DNA from: Solirubrobacterales bacterium
GTDB lineage: Bacteria > Actinomycetota > Thermoleophilia > Solirubrobacterales > 70-9
Reading direction: 5' to 3'
Length of the DNA: 64,000 bases
NCBI GenBank assembly: GCA_035260485.1
Contig: DATFVC010000055.1
Coordinates: forward strand, 56,041 to 120,040
Shown here piece by piece: positions 43,409-52,466 of the stretch. The stretch's first letter is position 1. Each line of letters opens with the position of its first letter. The notes under the pieces were generated by a model, which had not been told where the DNA came from, searched no databases, and was given only the letters and a program-made list of their open reading frames with translations. Both the position numbers and the translations under genes were made by a program.

Positions 43409-44371
43409 ATGCCCACCACCGCAACCGCAGTGCCGAAGCGCGTCCTGCTCGCCGCTCCGCGCGGCTACTGCGCCGGCGTCGACCGCGCCGTGCAGACGGT
43501 CGAGCGAGCGCTCGAGCACTATGGCGCCCCCGTCTACGTCCGCAAGGAGATCGTCCACAACAAGCACGTGGTCGAGGAGCTCTCCAAGCGGGGGGCGATC
43601 TTCGTCGAGGAGGAGACCGAAGTGCCGGAGGGCGAGATGGTCGTCTTCTCCGCCCACGGCGTCGCTCCCGCGGTGCACGAGAACGCCGCCGCCCGCAAGC
43701 TGCGCACGATCGACGCCACCTGTCCGCTGGTCACCAAGGTCCACGTCGAGGCGCGCCGCTTCGCCGCCGACGGTTACACGATCGTGATGATCGGCCACGA
43801 GGGCCACGAGGAGGTGGAAGGAACCACCGGCGAGGCTCCCGACAGCATCGTCCTCGTGCAGACGGCTGGAGAGGTGGATCGGCTCGAGGTCGCCGATCCC
43901 GAGCGGGTCGCCTTCATCACCCAGACCACCCTCTCCGTCGATGAGACCGCCGAGATCATTGCCGCCCTGCGGGCCAAGTTCCCGGCGATAGTCAGCTCCA
44001 AGTCCGACGACATCTGTTACGCCACCACCAATCGCCAGATCGCCGTCAAACAGCTCGCCCGCGAGTGCGACCTGGTGCTGGTGATCGGCTCGACCAACTC
44101 CTCCAATTCCAACCGGCTGGTCGAGGTCGCACGCGAACACGGTGCCGCCTCGCACCTGATCGACAACCACACCCAGGTGCAGGAGGAGTGGCTGGCGGGG
44201 GTGGAGACGGTGGGGATCACCTCCGGCGCCAGCGCCCCCGAGGAGCTGGTCGAGCGCCTTGTCGAGTCCTTCCGCGAGCGCGGCGCCGACGACGTCTCCG
44301 AGCTCCGCACCGTCCACGAGGACGTGCGCTTCATGCTCCCCAAGAAGATTCGCGAAGTGGTGGCCGGGTAG
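43409..44371 (+). CDS. ispH: 4-hydroxy-3-methylbut-2-enyl diphosphate reductase
   Basis: The ATG at 43409 starts the ORF. The motifs [27 protein letters not shown] and GHEGHEEV, and the conserved Cys residues, are present. Confidence 0.9.
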   Translation: MPTTATAVPKRVLLAAPRGYCAGVDRAVQTVERALEHYGAPVYVRKEIVHNKHVVEELSKRGAIFVEEETEVPEGEMVVFSAHGVAPAVHENAAARKLRTIDATCPLVTKVHVEARRFAADGYTIVMIGHEGHEEVEGTTGEAPDSIVLVQTAGEVDRLEVADPERVAFITQTTLSVDETAEIIAALRAKFPAIVSSKSDDICYATTNRQIAVKQLARECDLVLVIGSTNSSNSNRLVEVAREHGAASHLIDNHTQVQEEWLAGVETVGITSGASAPEELVERLVESFRERGADDVSELRTVHEDVRFMLPKKIREVVAG

Positions 44372-44394
44372 AGGGTGGGGAGTGCCCCCGCCCT

Positions 44395-45204
44395 CTATGG
44401 CACGCCTGCCGAGAAGCTGATGGACCAGATTCGGAGGCCTGGGGTGGGACGGAGAGCAATGGTGTGCTGCTCGTGCTTCGGGTGCTCGGCAAGTGTGTAA
44501 AGGGCCGGGCCCGAGACCGCGGCCGAGCTCATCACCGAGCCGTCGAGCTCGATGGCTATCTCACCCTTGCCCTCGACCGTCGCGTAGGCGCCGCCGGCTT
44601 CGTAGGGGACCTCCAGCTTGGCGCCTGTCCATGCCTTCTCCCACGAGCCGCCGGGGAACAGCTCGGGGGTGGGGGGCATGACCTTGGCTCCGGGCGAATC
44701 GGTTGGCCGTTGGGGATCCATCGGGTCCGGCAGGGCGCGCAGGGCGTCCTCCTCACGCAGCTCGGCCTGGATCGCTTCCTCGCTGGCGCGGTATTCGCCC
44801 TCGCCGAAGTGGAACCAGGTGAGTGCTCCGCCCGTCTTCCAGAGGAAGAGGCTGGGCCAGCCCTCGCAGCCGTAGGCGTGCCAGAGGCGACGATCGGCGT
44901 CGATTGCGACCGGAAACTCGACTCCGAGCCGCTCCACGCCGGCGGCGACCGCTTCGCGCTCGGCGCCGAAAAGGAAGCGCGGCGCTTGCACGCCGATCGT
45001 GGTCAGGCCAAGCGGCTCGTAGCGACGCGCCCACTCGGAGACGTAGGGAAGCGTCCGCACGCTGTTGAGCTGGGCGAAGTCGAAGAAGTGGACGAGGACG
45101 GGTCCGCCCGCGGTCGCAAGCGGCATCGAGCGTGGCGCCTCGCCGATCCACTCGCTCCCCTCAGGCAGGTCAGGCGCAGCAATGTTCTCCCGTTCGGGCC
45201 GCAT
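44395..45204 (-). CDS. DipZ C-terminal-like thioredoxin-fold plus beta-sandwich protein lacking the CxxC motif
   Basis: VLVHFFDFAQLNSVRTLPYVSEW...IGVQAPRF.F..E......G...LGV.FPVAID....W..Y....WPS.FL aligns by eye to the TlpA/DipZ pattern. AQLN replaces C-x-x-C. Confidence 0.55.
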   Translation of the reverse strand: MRPERENIAAPDLPEGSEWIGEAPRSMPLATAGGPVLVHFFDFAQLNSVRTLPYVSEWARRYEPLGLTTIGVQAPRFLFGAEREAVAAGVERLGVEFPVAIDADRRLWHAYGCEGWPSLFLWKTGGALTWFHFGEGEYRASEEAIQAELREEDALRALPDPMDPQRPTDSPGAKVMPPTPELFPGGSWEKAWTGAKLEVPYEAGGAYATVEGKGEIAIELDGSVMSSAAVSGPALYTLAEHPKHEQHTIALRPTPGLRIWSISFSAGVP

Positions 45205-45230
45205 GGGCCGCGCAAGTTACCCCGCAACGA

Positions 45231-45280
45231 GACGTGCCGGGAGTTAGGCACCCATATGGACCCTTAACTCCCGGCACGTC
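45231..45280. promoter_or_regulatory. Long hairpin in a divergent intergenic region
   Basis: gacgtgccgggagtta-gg (45231-45248) pairs with ccttaactcccggcacgtc (45262-45280) with one bulge. The loop contains the palindrome ccatatgg. Confidence 0.4.
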
Positions 45281-45320
45281 CCCAGATGCTGTTGCTGCAA
45301 TGCGCTAGCTTGTTCGAGCG

Positions 45321-45563
45321 ATGATCGAGTTCGCCATTGCGGCTGTTCCGCTGTTGCTGCTCGTCGCCGCGCTGCTGCTCGGGCGCTACCCGGGATGCGA
45401 GATGGCGATGCGGCTTGCCGAGCGGATTGCATCGCGCGCTCGGCCGAGGGCCACAACGGCCGACAACTCGCCCCGGCCCCGGCCGCCGGCCTCGCACGCC
45501 GCGCATGGCGGCCAACTGATCGCCCTCAGCCTCGCGCAGCGGCCTCCTCCGCTCGCTGCCTAG
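45321..45563 (+). CDS. Possible small membrane protein (weak call)
   Basis: 80-aa ORF with one N-terminal TM helix (FAIAAVPLLLLVAALLLG). The rest is Pro/Arg/Ala-rich. I recognise no SD. Confidence 0.3.
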   Translation: MIEFAIAAVPLLLLVAALLLGRYPGCEMAMRLAERIASRARPRATTADNSPRPRPPASHAAHGGQLIALSLAQRPPPLAA

Positions 45564-45645
45564 CGCAGCGATACGGCCCGCGCCCTCTGGGATGCGGGCG
45601 AATCCGGCGCGGGCGGGATGCCCACGCCACGCGAAGGAGCAAGCA

Positions 45646-46017
45646 ATGAACTCGAATACCGGACGCGCGGTCGCTGGCATCGCGATCATCGTCGTGGCGG
45701 TCGTGCTGCTGATCGTGTTGAAGAACGGCGGCAGCGACACGAGTGCGACGACCAAGGGTGTCACCACGATCGTCATCAAGAACGGCAAGCCGGTCGGTGG
45801 TATCGCGCAGCTGACCTACAACAGGGGCGAACAGGTCCGCTTCAAGGTGGACTCCGACGTCAGCGACGAGGTTCACATGCACGGCTACGACATCATGAAG
45901 GACGTCAAGGCGGGCGGCTCGGTCAGCTTCGACTTTCCGGCCACGATCGAAGGCGTCTTCGAGGCGGAGCTGGAGGGCCGCAAAGAGCAGATCCTGGAAC
46001 TGACGGTGAATCCGTGA
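45646..46017 (+). CDS. Membrane-anchored cupredoxin-like / EfeO-N-like domain protein
   Basis: The ATG at 45646 is preceded by gaaggag. It has one TM helix, then a beta-rich domain V.IK.GKPVGG......G..V.F.V.SD..DEVHMHGYD...DV.AG....F.F. Confidence 0.55.
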   Translation: MNSNTGRAVAGIAIIVVAVVLLIVLKNGGSDTSATTKGVTTIVIKNGKPVGGIAQLTYNRGEQVRFKVDSDVSDEVHMHGYDIMKDVKAGGSVSFDFPATIEGVFEAELEGRKEQILELTVNP

Positions 46018-47411
46018 GCTTCTTCCTGCCGGTCGCGCACGCGCTGGTCGCGCGCAAAGACCTGCCGGTCCCGGTCTGGCTGTTCGCCTGGGGGGCGTCG
46101 ATCGTCCTGATCGTCTCCTTCTTCGCCCTCTCGGTCAGCTGGCGGGCGCCCCGCTTCGAGGAGGACCGCTGGCGTCCCCTCGGGGCGGGGCTCTCGCGAG
46201 CCCTGCTCGGCCTGCCGGCGCAGATCGTTTGCGGGCTGGTCGGGGTCCTCCTGCTCGGCCTGGCGATCTACGCGGGTCTGCGTGGCACCGAAGCCCCCGA
46301 CCGCAATTTCGCCCTCACCTTCCTCTATGTCACCACCTGGCTCGGCTTTCCCCTGTTCAGCGTCTTCCTCGGTGACGTCTTCCGGCCCTTCAACCCATGG
46401 CGGTCGGTCGGCCGGGTCGTGGGAGCGGGGTTCACGGCGCTGGCGGGTCAGCGACCAGCGCACCTGCGCTATCCGGAGGCGCTGGGGCGCTGGCCTGCGG
46501 CGCTCGGTCTGATTGCAGTTGTCTGGCTGGAGGTCATCTACGGGGCGAGCGGCGGAGTCGCGGTGGGCCTCGCGCCACATGCGGCCGCGGTTGCGGCCCT
46601 CCTCTACAGCGGCTACACGCTGGCGATGATGGCGTTGTTCGGCGCCGAGCAGTGGTGTCGGACCGGCGAGGTGTTCTCGGTTTACTTCGGCATGTTCGGC
46701 CGGCTCGGCTGCTTCGGGGTCGAGGACGGCCGGCTCGGTGTGCGCAGGCCCTTCGCGGCAGCTGCGAAGTGGGCGACCGTACCCGGTTCGGCAGCGGTGG
46801 TGATCGCTTCGATCGCGACCACCAGCTTCGACGGCGCCCAGGAGGGAGCATTCAAGGGCGCCCTCGAAAGCACTTTCAACCATCTCACCGACGCCGGTTT
46901 CGGCCTCACCTCGGCGCTGCGGCTCACCGACACTCTCTTCATCCTGCTCTGCTTCGCCGGCGTCGGCCTCGTCTACCTGACCGGGGTGTGGGGGATGGCG
47001 AGCGTCCCCGGCGCTCCCTCGTTCAAGAAATTGCGTGCAGGCTTTGCCCACTCCCTGATCCCGATCGCCCTCGCCTACCTGATTGCCCATTACTTCAGCC
47101 TCTTCGTCTTCCAGGAGCAGGCGCAGTTCACCTACCTGCTCTCAGACCCGCTGGGAACCGGGACCACCGATCTCTTCGGGACTGCTTCCTCCGGAATCGA
47201 TTTCCAACTGCTCAACGCCAACGCAATCTGGTACGTGCAGGTCGGCGCCCTCGTGATCGGTCACGTGATCGGCCTCACCCTTGCTCACGATCGAGCCACT
47301 GCGTACTGGGGTGACTATAGGCAGGCCGCACGCTCGCAGTACTGGATGCTGGCGGTGATGGTCGCCTTCACCTGCTTCGGCCTCTATCTGCTCTCGGTGG
47401 CGAACGCGTGA
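46014..47411 (+). CDS. Polytopic integral membrane protein of unknown function
   Basis: The GTG at 46014 overlaps the upstream stop (GTGA). It is 465 aa with at least 10 hydrophobic helices. Confidence 0.65.
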   Translation: MSFFLPVAHALVARKDLPVPVWLFAWGASIVLIVSFFALSVSWRAPRFEEDRWRPLGAGLSRALLGLPAQIVCGLVGVLLLGLAIYAGLRGTEAPDRNFALTFLYVTTWLGFPLFSVFLGDVFRPFNPWRSVGRVVGAGFTALAGQRPAHLRYPEALGRWPAALGLIAVVWLEVIYGASGGVAVGLAPHAAAVAALLYSGYTLAMMALFGAEQWCRTGEVFSVYFGMFGRLGCFGVEDGRLGVRRPFAAAAKWATVPGSAAVVIASIATTSFDGAQEGAFKGALESTFNHLTDAGFGLTSALRLTDTLFILLCFAGVGLVYLTGVWGMASVPGAPSFKKLRAGFAHSLIPIALAYLIAHYFSLFVFQEQAQFTYLLSDPLGTGTTDLFGTASSGIDFQLLNANAIWYVQVGALVIGHVIGLTLAHDRATAYWGDYRQAARSQYWMLAVMVAFTCFGLYLLSVANA

Positions 47412-47412
47412 A

Positions 47413-47466
47413 CCCGCAACGACCGGGAAAACTGCGGGATTGCGGCATTGACCGCTCGGTTTTTTA
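47413..47466 (+). terminator. Intrinsic terminator candidate (two hairpins, then a T-run)
   Basis: cccgca...tgcggg, then gcgg-cattga-ccgc, followed by tcggtttttt. Confidence 0.5.
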
Positions 47467-47540
47467 CCGATGCCCAGGGTGCTGAGGGGTGGTTTACTGA
47501 TCGTCAGGTTGCAAGTCCAGTTCCTTTCGAATTCCCTCCC

Positions 47541-47594
47541 AAGAAAAACAGCACCGAGGCCGCCGGAAGATCAGCCACTCCGACGGTCTCGGTG
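47541..47594 (-). terminator. Intrinsic terminator of the sufBD unit
   Basis: On the minus strand the stem is caccgagaccgtcgg...ccggcggcctcggtg, followed by ctgtttttctt. Confidence 0.6.
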
Positions 47595-47625
47595 TAGTCC
47601 TGTTGCCGCCTCGCTGAAGATGGCT

Positions 47626-48786
47626 CTAAAGGATCTCGCCGAGCCGGCGCTCCAGCGCCGCCGAGACCTCGTCGCGCACCGGGCCCTCCGCGAGACGCTC
47701 GACCAGGGACTCGAGGAAGCCCTCGATGATCAGCTGCTTGGCCTCTGCCGGATCGAGTCCGCGCGAGGTCAGGTAGAAGAGCTGGTCGCGGTCGATCTGG
47801 GCGATCGCCGCGGCGTGGGTGCAGCGGACGTCGTCGGCTTCGATCTCGAGGCCGGGGATGGAGTCGGCATGGGCGTCGGGGGAGAGCAGCAGGTTGCGGC
47901 TCTCCTGGAAGGCGTCGGTCCCCTGGGCGCCGGGGTCGACCCGGATCATGCCGCGCCAGACCGCCGTCGCTCCGGCGGCGAGCACGCCGCGGAAGGCGAG
48001 GTCGGAGAAGGTGTTCGGGGCGGCGTGCTCCTGCGTAGTGTCGTAATCCAGGTGCTGGCCCGGGCCGCCGGCGTAGCCGCCGGTCACCCGCGCCTCGGAG
48101 CCCGGGCCGGCCAGGTTGGTCTCCATCCGCACCTTGCCACGAGCCGAGCCGAAGCCGAGCGCGGTCCAGTCGAGCCGGGCGTCGCGCTCGACCTGGGCGC
48201 GCTGGCTGGAGAAGATCCAGGCGCGCTCGGAGATGTCCTGGGTGCTGACGTAGCGCAGCGCCGCCGCCTGACCCACGTGCAGCTCGACGACCGAGTTGAG
48301 CAGAGCGTCGGTCTCGTCGCCGGCTGAGAAGCAGTGCTCCCAGACCTCCGCCTCGGCCCCCTCCTCCAGCACGATCAGGGTGCGCCAGTAGACGACGCTG
48401 CCATTCTCATCCAGGGGCAGTTCGACCTTGATCGGCTCGGTTAGCTTCACTCCGGCCGGAACGTGGACCAAGACCCCGCCGCGCCAGCCCGCCTCGTTGC
48501 GGGCTACGAATGGGTCCTCGATCGGCACCAGCGAGCCGAGCCGCTCATGCAGCAGCTTGTCGTGGCTCTCCAGCGCCGCCGCGAGCGGCAGCGCTGTCAC
48601 CCCCTCGACCCCCTCAATCGTGGCGGCGGGGGAGGCCTCGGCGTAGGCGTCGAGGTCAAGCGTGGCGAGGTCGGTGAATTCCCATCCCTTTGCCTTCTGG
48701 TCGGGCAGGGGGAGGCTCTGCGCGAGAGAGGCGCCCCGCCGGCGCCTCTCGTCCAACCAGGTGGGCTCGGTCACTACCTCAGCCAA
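47626..48786 (-). CDS. sufD: Fe-S cluster assembly protein SufD
   Basis: 386 aa with a beta-helix pattern and the C-terminal segment [12 protein letters not shown]...A..L...GF. It overlaps the sufB stop by 8 nt. Confidence 0.9.
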   Translation of the reverse strand: MAEVVTEPTWLDERRRRGASLAQSLPLPDQKAKGWEFTDLATLDLDAYAEASPAATIEGVEGVTALPLAAALESHDKLLHERLGSLVPIEDPFVARNEAGWRGGVLVHVPAGVKLTEPIKVELPLDENGSVVYWRTLIVLEEGAEAEVWEHCFSAGDETDALLNSVVELHVGQAAALRYVSTQDISERAWIFSSQRAQVERDARLDWTALGFGSARGKVRMETNLAGPGSEARVTGGYAGGPGQHLDYDTTQEHAAPNTFSDLAFRGVLAAGATAVWRGMIRVDPGAQGTDAFQESRNLLLSPDAHADSIPGLEIEADDVRCTHAAAIAQIDRDQLFYLTSRGLDPAEAKQLIIEGFLESLVERLAEGPVRDEVSAALERRLGEIL

Positions 48787-50212
48787 TGCTTCCCTCCATC
48801 TGCAGCTCGATCAGGCGGTTGAGCTCGACCGCGTACTCCATCGGCAGCTCTTTGGTGACCGGCTCGATGAAGCCGTTGACGATCATCTTCGAGGCCTCCT
48901 CCTCGTCGAGCCCGTGACTCTGCAGGTAGAAGATCTGCTCGTCGCCGATCTTCGAGACGGTTGCCTCGTGGCCGACGTCGGCGTCGTTCTCGCCGATCCG
49001 GATCGTCGGGTAGGTATCTGAGCGGGAGTCCTCGTCGAGCAGCAGCGCGTCGCAGACGACCTTGGAGCGGGACTCGGTCGCCCCGTCGGCGACTTCGAGC
49101 AGGCCGCGATAGGTCGCCCGCCCACCGTCCTTGGAGATCGACTTGGAGAAGATCGAGGACGAGGTGCGCGGCGCGGCGTGGATGATCTTGCCGCCGGCGT
49201 CCTGGTGCTGGCCCTCGCCGGCGAAGGCGATCGAGAGGATCTCGCCGTGCGCTTCGGGCCCGAGCAGGTAGATCGACGGGTACTTCATCGTCAGTTTCGA
49301 GCCGAGGTTGCAGTCGACCCACTCCATCGTCGCCTTCTCGTGGGCGACGGCGCGCTTGGTGACCAGGTTGAAGACGTTCTGCGACCAGTTCTGCACCGTC
49401 GTATAGCGCACCCGCGAGCTCGGCTTGGCGACGATCTCGACCACGGCGGAGTGCAGCGAGTCGGTCGAGTAGACCGGCGCCGTGCAGCCCTCGATGTAAT
49501 GGACGTCGGAGCCCTCCTCGGCGATGATCAGCGTCCGCTCGAACTGGCCCATGTTCTCGGTGTTGATCCGGAAGTAGGCCTGCAGCGGCATCTCCACCTT
49601 GACGCCCGCCGGCACGTAGACGAAGGAGCCGCCCGACCAGACGGCAGAGTTGAGCGCCGCCAATTTGTTGTCGTTGGGCGGGATGATCGTCGCCCAGTAC
49701 TCGCGGACCAGGTCCTCGTGCTCGCGCAGCGCCGTGTCCATGTCGGTGAAGATCACGCCCTGAGCCTCGAGCTTCTCGTTGACCTGGTGGTAGACGACCT
49801 CCGACTCGTACTGGGCGCCGACCCCGGAGAGGAATTTGCGCTCGGCCTCGGGGATGCCGAGCCGGTCGAAGGTGTTCTTGATGTCGTCGGGGACCTCGCT
49901 CCAGTCGCGGCTGTTCTTCTCGGAGGCGCGGACGAAGTAGTGGATGTCGTCGAAGTCGATCTGACCGAGGTTGCCGCCCCAGGTCGGGGTCGGACGGGAG
50001 TAGAAGTGCTCCAGCGCCTTGAGGCGGAAGTCGCGCATCCATTGCGGCTCGTCCTTGTACTCGGAGATCGATTCGACCACCTCGCGAGAGAGGCCCTTCG
50101 GCGCCTTGTAGGCGTAGCTGCTCTCGGGATCGTGGAAGCCGAACTTCTCCTTGTAGTCGGCGTTGATGCCGGCAAGCTCTTTTTTCTCTGCAACTGCCTC
50201 AGGCGTTGCCAT
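48779..50212 (-). CDS. sufB: Fe-S cluster assembly scaffold SufB
   Basis: The ATG at 50212 starts the ORF. The highly conserved segments [14 protein letters not shown]...[27 protein letters not shown] and [17 protein letters not shown] are present. It is 477 aa, with no intein-sized insertion. Confidence 0.95.
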   Translation of the reverse strand: MATPEAVAEKKELAGINADYKEKFGFHDPESSYAYKAPKGLSREVVESISEYKDEPQWMRDFRLKALEHFYSRPTPTWGGNLGQIDFDDIHYFVRASEKNSRDWSEVPDDIKNTFDRLGIPEAERKFLSGVGAQYESEVVYHQVNEKLEAQGVIFTDMDTALREHEDLVREYWATIIPPNDNKLAALNSAVWSGGSFVYVPAGVKVEMPLQAYFRINTENMGQFERTLIIAEEGSDVHYIEGCTAPVYSTDSLHSAVVEIVAKPSSRVRYTTVQNWSQNVFNLVTKRAVAHEKATMEWVDCNLGSKLTMKYPSIYLLGPEAHGEILSIAFAGEGQHQDAGGKIIHAAPRTSSSIFSKSISKDGGRATYRGLLEVADGATESRSKVVCDALLLDEDSRSDTYPTIRIGENDADVGHEATVSKIGDEQIFYLQSHGLDEEEASKMIVNGFIEPVTKELPMEYAVELNRLIELQMEGSIG

Positions 50213-50214
50213 GG

Positions 50215-50541
50215 TCAGACCTCCAGGACGATGGTGTCGTCGACGACGGCTGTCGCGAACGTCCGCACCGGAGCATAGGCGGGGAGCGTCTTCGGCCTGC
50301 CGGTGCTCAGGTCGAAGAGGGAGCCGTGACGGGGGCACTCGACGGTGCAGGCCTCGGCGATGAACTCGCCCTCGGCAAGCGGCCCGTCGTCATGGGAGCA
50401 GCGATCCTCGATCGCGTACAGCGTTCCGTCGCAGTTGAAGACGCCAATCTTGATCCCGTCGTGCTCGACCAGGCGCATCGCGCCGGGCCGCAGCTCGGAG
50501 AGCGGGCAAACGCTGATCCTGGTGGTTGTGCCGTCCGTCAC
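50215..50541 (-). CDS. Rieske [2Fe-2S] ferredoxin-like protein
   Basis: The Rieske ligand boxes CSHDDGPL and CPRHGSLF are present. Its stop is 2 nt from the sufB start. Confidence 0.85.
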   Translation of the reverse strand: MTDGTTTRISVCPLSELRPGAMRLVEHDGIKIGVFNCDGTLYAIEDRCSHDDGPLAEGEFIAEACTVECPRHGSLFDLSTGRPKTLPAYAPVRTFATAVVDDTIVLEV

Positions 50542-50670
50542 GTTATTCCTAGTGTATCGGTCGGGATTTTAGCGGTCGAACCGGATCGGTGCGCGCGATA
50601 ACAAACGTTTGACCATCGCTTAGGTGGGGATGAGAGGATCGAGCAGACCTTCGACGATTGGAGTGCAGCA

Positions 50671-51462
50671 ATGAGCCAGATGACCACCTATACGCCGGGA
50701 ACTCCTTCCTGGGTCGATCTCGGAACCCCCGACCTGGAGGCCTCGGCCGATTTCTACACGGCGCTGTTCGGCTGGGACGTGCCGGAGTCCGAAAACGCCG
50801 AGCAGACCGGCGGCTACCGCCAGGCAATGCTGGGCGACAAGGCGACCGCCGGGATGATGCCCCTGATGCAGGAGGGCCAGCCGCCCGCCTGGAGCACTTA
50901 CGTCTCAGTCGAGGACGCCGACGCCACCGCGGCGAAGGTGACCGAGGCCGGCGGCACGGTCATGGCCGAGCCGATGGACGTGATGGACCTCGGCCGGATG
51001 GCGATCTTCGCCGACCCGACCGGCGCCGTCTTCGGCATCTGGCAGCCGGGCACCTTCGCCGGCGCGGGCATCGTCAACGAGCCCGGCGCGCTGAGCTGGA
51101 ACGAGCTCAACACGCGCGACCCCGAGGCCGCCAAGGCCTTCTACGGCGCCGTCTTCGGTTGGGACTTCGAAGACAACGACATGGGGGAGATGGGGACCTA
51201 CACCACGCTGAAATTGGGAGATGCCATGGTCGGCGGGATGCTCGACATGGCAGGTCGCGGCGTCCCCGAGGAGATACCCGCCCACTGGCAGGTCTACTTC
51301 GCCGTGGAGGACACCGACGCGGCCGTCGAGCAAGCCAAGCAGGCTGGCGGCAACGTGATGGTCGAGCCTATGGAGGTTCCGGCTGGCCGCTTCGCGATCC
51401 TCACCGACCCCTTTGGCGCCAGCTTCGCGGTAATCGCGCTCAGCGAAGGGGCAAGCGCCTAA
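50671..51462 (+). CDS. Two-domain VOC (glyoxalase/bleomycin-resistance/dioxygenase) family protein
   Basis: The pattern G.PSWVDL.T.D...A..FY..LFGW is repeated twice (residues about 10-120 and 140-255). Confidence 0.8.
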   Translation: MSQMTTYTPGTPSWVDLGTPDLEASADFYTALFGWDVPESENAEQTGGYRQAMLGDKATAGMMPLMQEGQPPAWSTYVSVEDADATAAKVTEAGGTVMAEPMDVMDLGRMAIFADPTGAVFGIWQPGTFAGAGIVNEPGALSWNELNTRDPEAAKAFYGAVFGWDFEDNDMGEMGTYTTLKLGDAMVGGMLDMAGRGVPEEIPAHWQVYFAVEDTDAAVEQAKQAGGNVMVEPMEVPAGRFAILTDPFGASFAVIALSEGASA

Positions 51463-51519
51463 GCACATGCGCAGCCGACATTTACCCCACCCTGGTGTGG
51501 TGAAAGTCGGCTGCGGCGC

Positions 51520-51957
51520 CTAGGCCGAGCCGAGGTCGGCGGCCGCTTCCGAGGGGTCGCCGACCTTGCCCTCGTCCTCCCATTCGGCGGGCTGGCCGAG
51601 GCCGGCGCTCTTGACGACCTTGAGGCCGAGCATCGCGCACTTCATCCGCGTGGCGGAGATCTCGATCCCGAGCAGATCGAGCACCTCCTCTTTGGGCAGC
51701 GCCAGCAGCTCCTCGCGAGTCCTGCCGACCAGCTCGTCGGTGAGCAGCGAGGTCGCCGCGGTCGAGATCGCGCAGCCCTGGCCCTCAAAGGCAATCTCCG
51801 CCACCCGGCCCTCCTCATCGAGTCGGATCGTCACACGCTGCTCGTCGCCGCAGAACGGGTTGGTGTCCTCGAACTCGAGGTCGGGATTCTCCAGCCGGCC
51901 GAAGTTGTGCGGCCGCTTGTAGTGCTCGAGGATCTGGTCTCGGTAGAGCTCGTCCAT
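51520..51957 (-). CDS. sufU: SufU/NifU-like Fe-S cluster assembly sulfur-transfer protein
   Basis: The ATG at 51957 starts the ORF. It reads LYRDQILEHYKRPHNFG, NPFCGD, GCAIS.A..S and RMKCAMLG, with three conserved Cys. Confidence 0.85.
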   Translation of the reverse strand: MDELYRDQILEHYKRPHNFGRLENPDLEFEDTNPFCGDEQRVTIRLDEEGRVAEIAFEGQGCAISTAATSLLTDELVGRTREELLALPKEEVLDLLGIEISATRMKCAMLGLKVVKSAGLGQPAEWEDEGKVGDPSEAAADLGSA

Positions 51958-52083
51958 CACTTCGAGGCTAGCGAAGCCGCTGGAGGGGGCCGCGACGAGG
52001 CGCAGCGCGACCACCCGTTGAAAACGGCTGAGTTTGTCCAGTGTCTCTAGAGTAGTGCGGCAAATTTCGAACTGGGAGGTCGA

Positions 52084-52443
52084 ATGGTTGCCCCTCGCTC
52101 TGTCCTGCTTGCCGTCCTCGTCGTCGCTCTGGCCGGTGCAGTCCTGCCTGCCGCTTCCGCGGCCGGCGCGAGCTATTCGACCACGATCGTCGTCAGTCTC
52201 AAATTCCCCGCCTTTCACGGCACGCTGAAGTCCGCCAAAAGCGCCTGCGCGACGGGCCGCACGGTCAAGCTCTTCCGCGAGAAGTCGGGGCCGGACAAGC
52301 TCCTGGGCACCGACACGAGCAACGCCAAGACCAAGTGGTCGATCCCACTTGGCAAAAGACTGACCTCCGGCTCCTACTACGCCAAGGCCCCCAGCAAGGG
52401 CAAGTGCAAGCCGGCGAAATCGAAAGTGCTCACGATCGACTAA
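52084..52443 (+). CDS. Small secreted Lys-rich hypothetical protein
   Basis: 119 aa with SD gggagg and a signal peptide (LLAVLVVALAGAVLPAASA). It lies on the strand opposite the flanking suf genes. Confidence 0.5.
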   Translation: MVAPRSVLLAVLVVALAGAVLPAASAAGASYSTTIVVSLKFPAFHGTLKSAKSACATGRTVKLFREKSGPDKLLGTDTSNAKTKWSIPLGKRLTSGSYYAKAPSKGKCKPAKSKVLTID

Positions 52444-52466
52444 GCGACGAGTACGAGTTGCGGCGT

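Noticed and set aside
48779-50338. The longer 519-aa version of SufB, and the possibility of an intein as in mycobacterial SufB.
   Set aside because: The first 42 codons overlap the Rieske gene and are Arg/Pro-rich. From the ATG at 50212 the protein is 477 aa and colinear with intein-less SufB, with no insertion.
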